Shown: in pieces, positions 9,457 to 17,519 of the stretch
Position numbering within the stretch: position 1 is the stretch's first letter
Layout of the letters: every line of letters begins with the position of its first letter
The notes under the pieces: generated by a model
What the model was told of the DNA's origin: nothing
What the model saw: the letters and a program-made list of their open reading frames with translations, nothing else
Database searches by the model: none
From: an uncultured Candidatus Saccharibacteria bacterium
GTDB taxonomy: Bacteria > Patescibacteriota > Saccharimonadia > Saccharimonadales > Saccharimonadaceae
DNA length: 64,000 nucleotides
Assembly (NCBI GenBank): GCA_964608555.1
Contig: CAZSPU010000002.1
Coordinates: 1,395-65,394 of the forward strand
Reading direction: 5' to 3'
Position numbers and translations under genes: made by a program

Positions 9457-9530
9457 ATTACAATCAAAAACCCGCACGAGGCTAACTCGCATGATATGTA
9501 CATGATAGCACAGTTGAGCTATTTTGTCAA
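9457..9530 (-). ncRNA. Promoter plus ~40-nt hairpin motif, candidate sRNA (copy A)
   Basis: TTGACA-17-TATCAT followed by ATATCATGCGAGTTAGCCTCGTGCGGGTTTTTGATTGTAAT; nearly identical to 23167-23206. Confidence 0.45.
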
Positions 9531-9533
9531 GTC

Positions 9534-9744
9534 TTCGTGCGTAGTGCAGATATTTTTGTGGAAGGTATGACTGGAGATACTATAATTGGCTATTTTTGGA
9601 CTGCTAATGCTGAATTTAGCTCCGAGTTTAATAATTCTGATAGAGTGTTTTGGAATCAGAATACAAGTTATGTAAGTGCTACATGGCAACGTTACGTTGG
9701 TTATCCTCTCCGCTGCCTAGTACGGTAGGGATAATGGTAATGGA
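9534..9744 (+). repeat. Variable cassette copy 4
   Basis: Both arms match consensus; 65 open codons FVRSADIF...[10 protein letters not shown]. Confidence 0.9.
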
Positions 9745-9843
9745 GCTATGAAAGCTGAATGACAGTTTTTCTTCATGCGCAATAGTTTTAATATATACGA
9801 TAAAACTGTATTATCGTTTGAAGATTATTTATTAATATTTCTA

Positions 9844-9950
9844 GGTAGGTATACTTTTTGGAGATGATTCGGAGTTACGACGAGAAGTAGCGCACAATAC
9901 CCGTAACGACGGGCTATTGTGACGCGCATCTCCAAAAAGCTATACCTACC
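9844..9950. repeat. 107-bp fold-back element with 23-bp terminal inverted repeats and an internal hairpin
   Basis: GGTAGGTATACTTTTTGGAGATG (9844-9866) pairs with CATCTCCAAAAAG-C-TATACCTACC (9927-9950). Inner stem CACAATA-CCCGT/ACGGG-C-TATTGTG. Confidence 0.75.
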
Positions 9951-9955
9951 GCCTT

Positions 9956-9987
9956 CTGCCTAGTACGGTAGGGATAATGGTAATGAA
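9956..9987 (+). repeat. Cassette 3' arm only (5'-truncated copy 5)
   Basis: CTGCCTAGTACGGTAGGGATAATGGTAATGAA, with no 5' arm or core upstream; abuts the recO stop codon. Confidence 0.85.
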
Positions 9988-10653
9988 TTATCCGTGTTGA
10001 CAAATTGGTAAGAGGTTTGGTAGGAGCGACTCAATTTGAGAGATCTTGGCAACTGATTGTAATTTATTATTTAATAAAAGTCGTGCTAGTTTGATTTCGG
10101 CGGCGCCGATATTACCGCGAACGTCGGCGCGTAAGGCTTTTTCGAGCGGATCCCAAAAATAGTGTAAATTAGGCGATAGTTCCTCGCTATTCGCATCACG
10201 ATAAAGATTAATTTCCTCGCCAGTGGCACGCAAAAAATTAAAATTAAACCACGTTGAGACGATGGGCTCCGCAATCCCGGCGTTAAGCCCCGCCAATGAC
10301 TGCTGAAGTAAACTAAAATACTCTGGGTTGTCGGTTTGTTCGGCGGCGCGTTCGAGCTTCTTCAGAAAACTTGACGCAAGCTCAAGTTTAGTGATATTAC
10401 TAAGAATATTTCCATAAAAAGTCAACATCCGCGCACTAGTGAGTATGGCGAGAGACGAGCGGCCATTATGTACTACGATATCTGCTACAGAAAAAAGTTC
10501 GATTCCACCTGCGAGGCGAGATTTTTCTTTACGAGCTCCGCGGGCGAGGGCGGAAATTTTGCCTTCGGGCGTGAGAAAATTGAGAATGCGGTCCGATTCG
10601 CCGTAGTTGGTGCGGCGCAAAACAATACCTTGTGTATGAACGTCGGATGACAT
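9988..10653 (-). CDS. recO: DNA repair protein RecO
   Basis: TQGIVLRRTNYGESDRILNFLT..GKISALARGARKEKSRLAGGIELF N-terminal OB-fold pattern. Confidence 0.92.
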   Translation of the reverse strand: MSSDVHTQGIVLRRTNYGESDRILNFLTPEGKISALARGARKEKSRLAGGIELFSVADIVVHNGRSSLAILTSARMLTFYGNILSNITKLELASSFLKKLERAAEQTDNPEYFSLLQQSLAGLNAGIAEPIVSTWFNFNFLRATGEEINLYRDANSEELSPNLHYFWDPLEKALRADVRGNIGAAEIKLARLLLNNKLQSVAKISQIESLLPNLLPICQHG

Positions 10654-11040
10654 TTAGATTAGCTCCTGTACGATGGTCTGAATTTCTCGCGGCTTCATGG
10701 TTTCTTTGTTGAGAATCCTGCAGACTCCATAGGGCTTGAGCGCCTCGAGCGAAAAATCTAAGGACGAAATGACGACGATTGGAATATTGGCAGTATCCTG
10801 ATAAGTTGCAAGTTCGTTGAGAAGCGTGAAGCCGTTGGGGCCGCTCAGCAAAATGTCGAGCAGAATTAAATCTGGTAGACAGTCGGCGATGGCCGCCATA
10901 GCACTAATTGCATCTGGGAAAGTTTTAATTTGAAAAATATGTTCATGCGCTGAATCGACCTTGATGGCGCGCTCAATACATTCTGCCATCATAGCATCGT
11001 CTTCAATAATAAAAACCAGCTTTTGTGCGCTTGTCACCAT
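10654..11040 (-). CDS. Single-domain response regulator (receiver only)
   Basis: FIIEDD, PDLILLDILL (phospho-Asp), GPNGF, IPIVVISS...K. Confidence 0.85.
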   Translation of the reverse strand: MVTSAQKLVFIIEDDAMMAECIERAIKVDSAHEHIFQIKTFPDAISAMAAIADCLPDLILLDILLSGPNGFTLLNELATYQDTANIPIVVISSLDFSLEALKPYGVCRILNKETMKPREIQTIVQELI

Positions 11041-11052
11041 ATATTATATATC

Positions 11053-11739
11053 CTAAAATAAAGTCGCCTGCTGAGAAATCGGAAGATCAACGAAAAAACT
11101 CGTACCGTCATGATGTCGAACGGCGCCAATTTGAGCACGCATATGTTTGGCGAATTGAGATGCAATATATAACCCGAGCCCAGAACTACCTGGCCGCATC
11201 GCAATTGCCGTGGGCTGATTGAGACTGCCATTATTAAGAATGCGCCAAATCTGAGTCGGCAGAGCGGGGCCAAAGTCGCGCACACCAATTCGAACATGAT
11301 TATGCACATCTGCAATCGTCAACAGACTCGTAGTTTCGCAGGTGGAGTAATGCATGGCATTTGTGCAAAAGTTGTAAACTACGCTATGTAATAATTCGCG
11401 ATTGGCGATGGCAAGGCGCGAACGGTTAGAATAATTAATTTTGAGTTGGCGTGATTCGAACTTAAAGAGCGGCTTCAACTCACGATAGATTTCGTCGCAA
11501 ACGCCGCGCACGCTGACCGGCTCCATCTCAAACATACCGTCTTCAAGGCGGGCAATTTTAGAAAGATCATTGACCTGGCGCATTGCACGCTCGGAAACGT
11601 CGACAATTTGAGTCTGGATACGTTCTCGCATCGCTAAATCTGTCGCTAATTCCAACGACAGGGCTAATTGTCGCAAAAGACTGAGCGGCGCCTTAAGATC
11701 ATGCGCTGCTGCCAAAATACCATTTACCTCACTCCCCAT
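11053..11739 (-). CDS. Sensorless cytoplasmic histidine kinase (HisKA + HATPase_c)
   Basis: H-box AHDLKAPL at the very N-terminus, N-box NFCTNAMHYS, VRDFGP, G2 GSSGLGLYIA. Confidence 0.85.
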   Translation of the reverse strand: MGSEVNGILAAAHDLKAPLSLLRQLALSLELATDLAMRERIQTQIVDVSERAMRQVNDLSKIARLEDGMFEMEPVSVRGVCDEIYRELKPLFKFESRQLKINYSNRSRLAIANRELLHSVVYNFCTNAMHYSTCETTSLLTIADVHNHVRIGVRDFGPALPTQIWRILNNGSLNQPTAIAMRPGSSGLGLYIASQFAKHMRAQIGAVRHHDGTSFFVDLPISQQATLF

Positions 11740-11796
11740 GCCATTATTATAGCACAGGAAGAGCGCGAGATGCGGACGTTATGATAATATTGGCAA

Positions 11797-12570
11797 TTAT
11801 TGATTCATTGTGACGGTATCAAGAATCGTATAGAATTGGCTAATGTGGATTTCGGCGTCGGTCTGAAGCATGACCGTCTTGTCGCGAAGCTTAAAGACTA
11901 CTAATGCGCCGTAGATCCGATTCGGGAGCTGACCGACGTATAAGTTAGCAGAAACGCCGCCGACTTTGCGGACCTCAAACTGTAATTTACCATTTTTGAC
12001 GCTGCTTTCGTAAGCACGCACTACACGGTCGAATGCTTCGTCGCGAATCGTAACCCGCAGAGCATTAATCGTCTCGGAGCTAACCGGCTCAACTTCGTTA
12101 GGGTTTAAGTAAGCCTTGAAATCGCCACCGTTACTCGCGTCGCGTTCAACATAAACGCTCCAGGTTTTTGGATATTTAAATGATAAGCTACCGTAGTCAG
12201 ATGGACCGAGGAATTCTTTATAAGGATTTTTTTCGCGCTCAAAGAAAACTTCTTCCATCTTGGTGGTGTTTTCGGCTACGGCCATCGCTACGGCGGCATC
12301 GATCTGGCCGTCAACATCGGTAGTTGCCGTCTCGTAGTCGACGGATTTCTGCACAAAAAGCCAGATAAAGACAATCGCCACTACGGTAGCTACAAGCAAG
12401 AGTAAAGTCTCGATAATATTATGACTCTTCTTCTCGGCCACCGGCAGATGCTGGGAGCTAAGTGAGTTGCCCGTCTGATAGGGAGCCTTACCCGGCGCGG
12501 CAGGGCCAAAAGGAGTTTTGGGCGCTGGGGCGATCATGCTTCCACTGGGCATCGGCGATTGATTTTGCAT
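11797..12570 (-). CDS. Hypothetical single-pass membrane protein
   Basis: Pro-rich N-terminus, one TM segment (LLLLVATVVAIVFIWLFV), soluble C-terminal domain. Confidence 0.7.
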   Translation of the reverse strand: MQNQSPMPSGSMIAPAPKTPFGPAAPGKAPYQTGNSLSSQHLPVAEKKSHNIIETLLLLVATVVAIVFIWLFVQKSVDYETATTDVDGQIDAAVAMAVAENTTKMEEVFFEREKNPYKEFLGPSDYGSLSFKYPKTWSVYVERDASNGGDFKAYLNPNEVEPVSSETINALRVTIRDEAFDRVVRAYESSVKNGKLQFEVRKVGGVSANLYVGQLPNRIYGALVVFKLRDKTVMLQTDAEIHISQFYTILDTVTMNQ

Positions 12571-12593
12571 GGTTTTATTATACTCAAGGTTTG

Positions 12594-12806
12594 TTACTTT
12601 GTAAAGTCTTCCAGAACTTCAACTTCATTCTTTAATTCAACTAGGTCTTGCTCGATTTCCTGAGCGATTTTATGGGCGGCTTGGTACTTTTGTACGGCCT
12701 CATCAAGGGTAAAATCATCACTATAAAACCATTCCACAGCTTCGTCGAGTTCACTAATTTTCTTAGTAATAGTTTTATTAGTTTGATCGGATGCGGTTTT
12801 GGGCAT
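12594..12806 (-). CDS. xseB: Exodeoxyribonuclease VII small subunit
   Basis: 70 aa, ELDEAVEWF...LDEAVQKYQAA, directly downstream of xseA. Confidence 0.85.
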   Translation of the reverse strand: MPKTASDQTNKTITKKISELDEAVEWFYSDDFTLDEAVQKYQAAHKIAQEIEQDLVELKNEVEVLEDFTK

Positions 12807-13893
12807 TTTGAACCTCCATTGTTAATTCTTGAGTAAATGTTGTAATTTTTACAACATCTCCAACACTGTAATTGACGTTTTTGGCGCCACCAAGAATCGC
12901 GTAGCCACGTTTTAAGACCATTTCAGGATTCAGACTAGCTAAAGTTTTGTTGGTTTCCTGAATACGATAAAGCTGGGTATCAATTTGTCGTAAAATCACA
13001 TCTTTGACGTCTTGAAGTTTGGCGGCATTTTCTTGACGCGCTTGAGCCAATTTATCGAGTAAAAACCTCTGCACGTCCGCCAGGCGGAGCGAGATTTGCT
13101 GTTTTATAGCTTGACGATCGGGCACTAAACGTTCGGCAGCATTGGACGGAGTTGACGCGCGCACGTCTGCTGCCAAATCGGCCAGAGTTTCGTCGATTTC
13201 GTGGCCAACTCCAGTAATAACAATGATCTTACTGGCAGCAATAGCGCGGGCAAGCTGCTCGTCGTTGAATGCCGCCAAGTCGTCGGCGCTACCACCGCCG
13301 CGCAAAATTGCGATGACGTCAAAATCACCTCGCTCGTTGAAATACTGCAAAGCACGAATTATTTGCGCGGGCGCAGCCATGCCCTGCACTTGAGTATTAA
13401 CGGTTTTGATCTGGAGTCCACCCCAGCGATTTTCGAGAATTTTGAGAAAATCAATATACCCAGCCGCGTTAACGGAAGAGATGACGGCAATCTTAGTAAT
13501 TTGCGCCGGCAAGGTGCGTTTACGGTTGGGATCAAACAGCCCTTCCGCTGTCAATTTCTTTTTCAGAAGTTCGAAGCTCTTTTTAATGCTACCTTCGCCG
13601 ACTGGCATAAATTGTTGCACGGTTAAGGAAAACTTACCCCACCGAGTAACTTTAGGAATGGCACACACGCGAATTTTCATACCATCAACCAGAGGTGTTG
13701 ACAGTTGTCGCACCGTCATAAAACAATTGACGCTAGCGTCGCCTTCCTTCAAATCAAAGAAAACCCATTTGCCTTGATTAACTTTAAAACTGGCAACTTC
13801 ACCTTCGACGAATACTCCAGCAAAAGAATATTCTAAAGACTGATTGCAAACTTCAATGAACTCGCTGACAGTAAAATTAACTTCATTCGACAT
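12778..13893 (-). CDS. xseA: Exodeoxyribonuclease VII large subunit
   Basis: FTVSEF...VEGEVASFK...FFDLKE OB fold, RGGGSADDLAAFNDE, TGVGHEIDETLADLAADVRASTPSNAAE; start taken at MSNEV. Confidence 0.93.
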   Translation of the reverse strand: MSNEVNFTVSEFIEVCNQSLEYSFAGVFVEGEVASFKVNQGKWVFFDLKEGDASVNCFMTVRQLSTPLVDGMKIRVCAIPKVTRWGKFSLTVQQFMPVGEGSIKKSFELLKKKLTAEGLFDPNRKRTLPAQITKIAVISSVNAAGYIDFLKILENRWGGLQIKTVNTQVQGMAAPAQIIRALQYFNERGDFDVIAILRGGGSADDLAAFNDEQLARAIAASKIIVITGVGHEIDETLADLAADVRASTPSNAAERLVPDRQAIKQQISLRLADVQRFLLDKLAQARQENAAKLQDVKDVILRQIDTQLYRIQETNKTLASLNPEMVLKRGYAILGGAKNVNYSVGDVVKITTFTQELTMEVQNAQNRIRSN

Positions 13894-14971
13894 GGTCTTT
13901 GGGGGCTTTTTCTTGACGGCCAATGCGCGAAATGGAATGCTGATAAAAACCGTAGCCGCTGACAACTGTGCTAGCAAGAACAATGACGCGTGTCAACAAA
14001 ACCACCGTAGTAGCTAGATAAATTGGCACTCCTAGAGTCACCATGACCCCTGCCATACCAAGTTCGTAGAGACCATACGGAACAATCGAGCCCATGACTG
14101 AACCAATCGCTTCACCAATCATGATTTGCGGTAAAATTTCGGGATGACCCAAGCTTGCGGCAACAATCCAGTAAGTAGCAATTTCGAGAAAGCTATATAG
14201 CACTCCCCAGCCGATTGGATGTAGTAGGATTTTCTTGTTTTTGCGCGCTTGCATTAAATCGTCATGGATATCGTACAAATATTTGTCAACAGTGGCACGC
14301 TTCAGAATTTCGGGATGCTTGCCAAAAGTAACCTTACCAACAATATAATTACAGAACTTCGTAGCGTGTTTGGCGAACCACTTAATACGATTCTTACCGC
14401 TTGCGATGACAACAAGCAGAGCGATCGCCGCAATCACACCCGTACTAATCAGTGCGGTCAAAAGAACAATCCAAAAGCCAGATTCGGGAATGGAGCTAAA
14501 GATCAGTAATGCCAAAATTGCGATAATCGTCTGGACTTGATTGGCACAAATCGTGATTGCATAGCGCAAGGCATACATAAAGCTAGCCTGACCGGCCGTA
14601 GCGCCGAAAGGCTTGAGCCGCCAAGTAATATAGCCAAGACCGCCCAGACCGCCGGCTGGCACAGCATGATTGACAAAGTTGAGCTCTAGAGAAACTCGCA
14701 TTAAAGTCCAAGAAGAGACTGGCTTAGTGTCTTTTTTGGCGGCCATATAGGAGAAAAACATTTGTCCACAACAGTAATACATAAAAAGTTGCTCCGGAAT
14801 TAGCAGTATCAGGATCAAAATATTAGTCTCACCGAGATGATTAATCGCTTCGAGGATATCATTCCAGTTTTGATAAATAACAAACAGGAGCAAAATTAAA
14901 GTCAAAACCGTCAAAACTGTGCGCAGAGTAAACTTGCGCGGCTGCTTAGGTGTAGCTTTTTCGTTAGACAT
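13883..14971 (-). CDS. Lysylphosphatidylglycerol synthase TM-domain / flippase-like membrane protein
   Basis: Multi-TM protein with NHAVPAGGLGG and a C-terminal G-rich helix (GLYELGMAGVM); start 6 nt after TGCTATAAT. Confidence 0.65.
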   Translation of the reverse strand: MSNEKATPKQPRKFTLRTVLTVLTLILLLFVIYQNWNDILEAINHLGETNILILILLIPEQLFMYYCCGQMFFSYMAAKKDTKPVSSWTLMRVSLELNFVNHAVPAGGLGGLGYITWRLKPFGATAGQASFMYALRYAITICANQVQTIIAILALLIFSSIPESGFWIVLLTALISTGVIAAIALLVVIASGKNRIKWFAKHATKFCNYIVGKVTFGKHPEILKRATVDKYLYDIHDDLMQARKNKKILLHPIGWGVLYSFLEIATYWIVAASLGHPEILPQIMIGEAIGSVMGSIVPYGLYELGMAGVMVTLGVPIYLATTVVLLTRVIVLASTVVSGYGFYQHSISRIGRQEKAPKDHVE

Positions 14972-15238
14972 GAGTTCATTATAGCATATATTTTTAGAAT
15001 GCAAGATGTAACTTTATGAAGTACAATTATTATGTATGGCCCTACGATAATCGTTTTGCTTACATCATTTATGATTATAGAATACGCCTAAATTGAGATT
15101 TTTCTGAGACGGCGCAATACTTTTGATGATGAGCTCTTATAATACTAATTAGAAATCCGAGTGAAGAAATGTTATTTGATGTTTCTTCCGAGGCGACGCC
15201 ATTATACAACCAGACCGAAGGTATGGTATAATTAAAAA

Positions 15239-16447
15239 ATGAGAAAATATGTTGCGGTGCTAGGGAGACAACCGTTGATTTCAGTGGCGGAGTTGGAGTG
15301 TTTATTTTCTAATGTTAAGTTGATTGCGCCAGAGTTGGCTGAGTTTACTAGTGAGACAGAGCCAAATATTGCAAGACTAGGCGGCACACAGAAAATTGCT
15401 GAGCCGATTAATGAATCTTGGACAGATTTTTTTACAAAATTGCCGCAAACGGGCAAAATTACTATCGGCGTATCGGATTTTTCGCGTAGCGCTTCGGCTT
15501 TTGGTGCGCAAAAAGAGGCTTTGCATATCAAAAAACAGCTCGTCAAAAATGGACATAGCGTGCGCGTAGTGCCAAATAAAACTCCGGTGCTTTCAAGTGC
15601 CACAAGCCTGCATAATCACCTTTTTTCCGAGACCAAAATTGAATTTCTGAAACTAGGCAAGCAATTTTATCGCGTCGTTCAATTACAAAATATCGAGAAT
15701 TACGTTAAGCGAGACCGTGAACGTCCAGCACGCGACGCTAAAGTTGGGATGTTGCCGCCTAAGCTAGCGCAGATTTTGATTAATCTATGTGGTGATTTGC
15801 CTGCTGGCTCGAGGCTGCTCGATCCGTTTTGCGGTACAGGGGTAGTTTTACAAGAAGCGGCTTTGATGGGTTATGTTCCCTATGGCACAGATTTGAGTGA
15901 ACGTATGGTTGAATATTCCCTAAAGAACCTCCAGTGGCTAAGTAATCAAAAGCGCTATCAGACCAAGGTTCCGGCAAAAGATGCGCCAGAGAGGCCGCAA
16001 ATGCCCAAAAAACAGCATTTTTCAAGCAATAATGTTGTAGATTTTACAACAGTTCTAGAGAAGGCCGTAGTAGAGACTGGAGATGCGCAAACTTTTCAAT
16101 GGCAAGCGCCCATAGACGCCGTCGCGTGCGAGGGTTACCTCGGCCCGCCAATGTCGCTCCCGCCAGCCGACATTAAGTTAAAACAGGCGAAACAGGAGTG
16201 TCGGAGTATAATTTTGCATTTCTTGAAGAACTTGAGTGCGCAAATTGAATCAGGTACGCCAGTTGTAATTGCGGTACCAGCTTGGCTCAGGCCGGACGGT
16301 CATTATGAGCGCTTGAATATTCTTGACGAAATAACTGATCTGCGCTATAATGTATATAGTTTTAAGAACTTGGGTCAAGATAAGCTCCTGTATCATCGGG
16401 AAGGTCAGGTTGTTACCCGAGAAATAATAGTTTTAAGGAAGAAATGA
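15239..16447 (+). CDS. SAM-dependent RNA methyltransferase (Trm11-like)
   Basis: GMLPPKLAQILINL, LLDPFCGTGVVLQEA (motif I), ACEGYLGP. Confidence 0.7.
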   Translation: MRKYVAVLGRQPLISVAELECLFSNVKLIAPELAEFTSETEPNIARLGGTQKIAEPINESWTDFFTKLPQTGKITIGVSDFSRSASAFGAQKEALHIKKQLVKNGHSVRVVPNKTPVLSSATSLHNHLFSETKIEFLKLGKQFYRVVQLQNIENYVKRDRERPARDAKVGMLPPKLAQILINLCGDLPAGSRLLDPFCGTGVVLQEAALMGYVPYGTDLSERMVEYSLKNLQWLSNQKRYQTKVPAKDAPERPQMPKKQHFSSNNVVDFTTVLEKAVVETGDAQTFQWQAPIDAVACEGYLGPPMSLPPADIKLKQAKQECRSIILHFLKNLSAQIESGTPVVIAVPAWLRPDGHYERLNILDEITDLRYNVYSFKNLGQDKLLYHREGQVVTREIIVLRKK

Positions 16448-16448
16448 T

Positions 16449-16721
16449 ATGTCACATGTGAAAGCTGGCGGTACCGCCAAAAATATCCACAACAATGCTG
16501 GTCAGCGTCTTGGTGTGAAGCGCTTTGGTGGCCAAAAAGTGCGCAATGGCGAAGTTTTAGTACGCCAAACCGGCAGCACGAAAATCGCTGGCGAAGGCAC
16601 ATACATGAGTCGCAATTTTACCATTCATGCCGCCAAAGACGGAGTGGTTACTTTTGTTAAAACCAAGAAGTCTCATTTTTCTGGCAAAAACGTACCTCGC
16701 GTTCGCGTCGAAGTTCGTTAG
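16449..16721 (+). CDS. rpmA: 50S ribosomal protein L27
   Basis: MSHVKAGG...GQRLGVKRFGGQKV..GEVLVRQTG...NFTIHA. Confidence 0.95.
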   Translation: MSHVKAGGTAKNIHNNAGQRLGVKRFGGQKVRNGEVLVRQTGSTKIAGEGTYMSRNFTIHAAKDGVVTFVKTKKSHFSGKNVPRVRVEVR

Positions 16722-16741
16722 TACCATTAATTTTGTTTTCT

Positions 16742-16763
16742 GCCGCTTCTTAGCGGCTTTTTT
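16742..16763 (+). terminator. Intrinsic terminator after rpmA
   Basis: GCCGC-loop-GCGGC followed by T6. Confidence 0.7.
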
Positions 16764-16907
16764 GATGATATAATATTCCCGTTATGTCAAATTGAAAATG
16801 ACTACAAGCTTCACTGGATATATAATCTTCTGCCGCTTCGCGTCAGAAATGCCTGCTCATTCTCGGAAAAGAGAACAAGATTCTCTTTTCTCTCAGATAT
16901 TTGCCAC

Positions 16908-17118
16908 TTCGTGCGTAGTGGCGAAGTTTGGTATGCTGCTTATGTAGGGTGGAATAACTGTGCAAATATTTGGTCGTCAAGTGCTGAAAATGGCAACGCT
17001 TTCTTAAATAGTTTCTTTTTAAGTTTTGATGAGTTAAATATTAAGCCGTCCAACGTTCTCGTTCGTCTTGATGGTCGTCCTCTCCGCTGCCTAGTACGGT
17101 AGGGATAATGGTAATGGA
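16908..17118 (+). repeat. Variable cassette copy 6
   Basis: Both arms match consensus; 65 open codons FVRSGEVW...DGRPLRCLVR*; preceded by a perfect 10-bp hairpin (16866-16890). Confidence 0.9.
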
Positions 17119-17134
17119 ATGGTCGAGTAAGGCT

Positions 17135-17193
17135 TTCGACTTTTTTGCATGCTTATGCTTGTGTTTTTGAAAGAAATGGTGTTAGTCTCTATA
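17135..17193 (+). promoter_or_regulatory. 59-bp block identical to reverse complement of 23538-23596; contains putative promoter of small ORF A
   Basis: TTCGACTTTTTTGCATGCTTATGCTTGTGTTTTTGAAAGAAATGGTGTTAGTCTCTATA, including TTGAAA-17-TATA. Confidence 0.8.
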
Positions 17194-17293
17194 GTATAGA
17201 GTAAAAATGGGCGTTTGTATCAATACTAAGATACTAGAGGCCTTGCATATTAACATTAATGCTGGGTGGGAGCGGGAAAAGGAGAAATAGTTT

Positions 17294-17386
17294 ATGAGTT
17301 TCAGTTTTAAGATTCTAGTATTCTTTATTAGCATCAGTGTTCACTGGTGTGAAATAAAAATTACCGTCGCTTTGAAGCGCCGGTAA
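17294..17386 (+). CDS. Small hydrophobic peptide, putative type I toxin (module A)
   Basis: MSFSFKILVFFISISVHWCEIKITVALKRR*; AGGAG SD; 3' end lies in a hairpin; convergent TTGACC-17-TAAGCT promoter downstream; paralog at 23349-23444. Confidence 0.55.
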   Translation: MSFSFKILVFFISISVHWCEIKITVALKRR

Positions 17387-17519
17387 TTTAAAACCTTCTT
17401 AATTCCAGCTTACCAAGCTTTCTTGGCGAGGTCAAGTCCTTTTTACTCTATATGAAGAAATTTATTATCATTTGGAATTATACCGTTTTTCTACTTTCGA
17501 TATTCTCAACTTACTTACT

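Noticed and set aside
9726-9741. Resemblance of the arm (TAGGGATAATGGTAAT) to the I-SceI site (TAGGGATAACAGGGTAAT)
   Set aside because: Spacing differs by 2 nt and the motif is embedded in a natural repeat family; treated as coincidence rather than vector or engineering signal.
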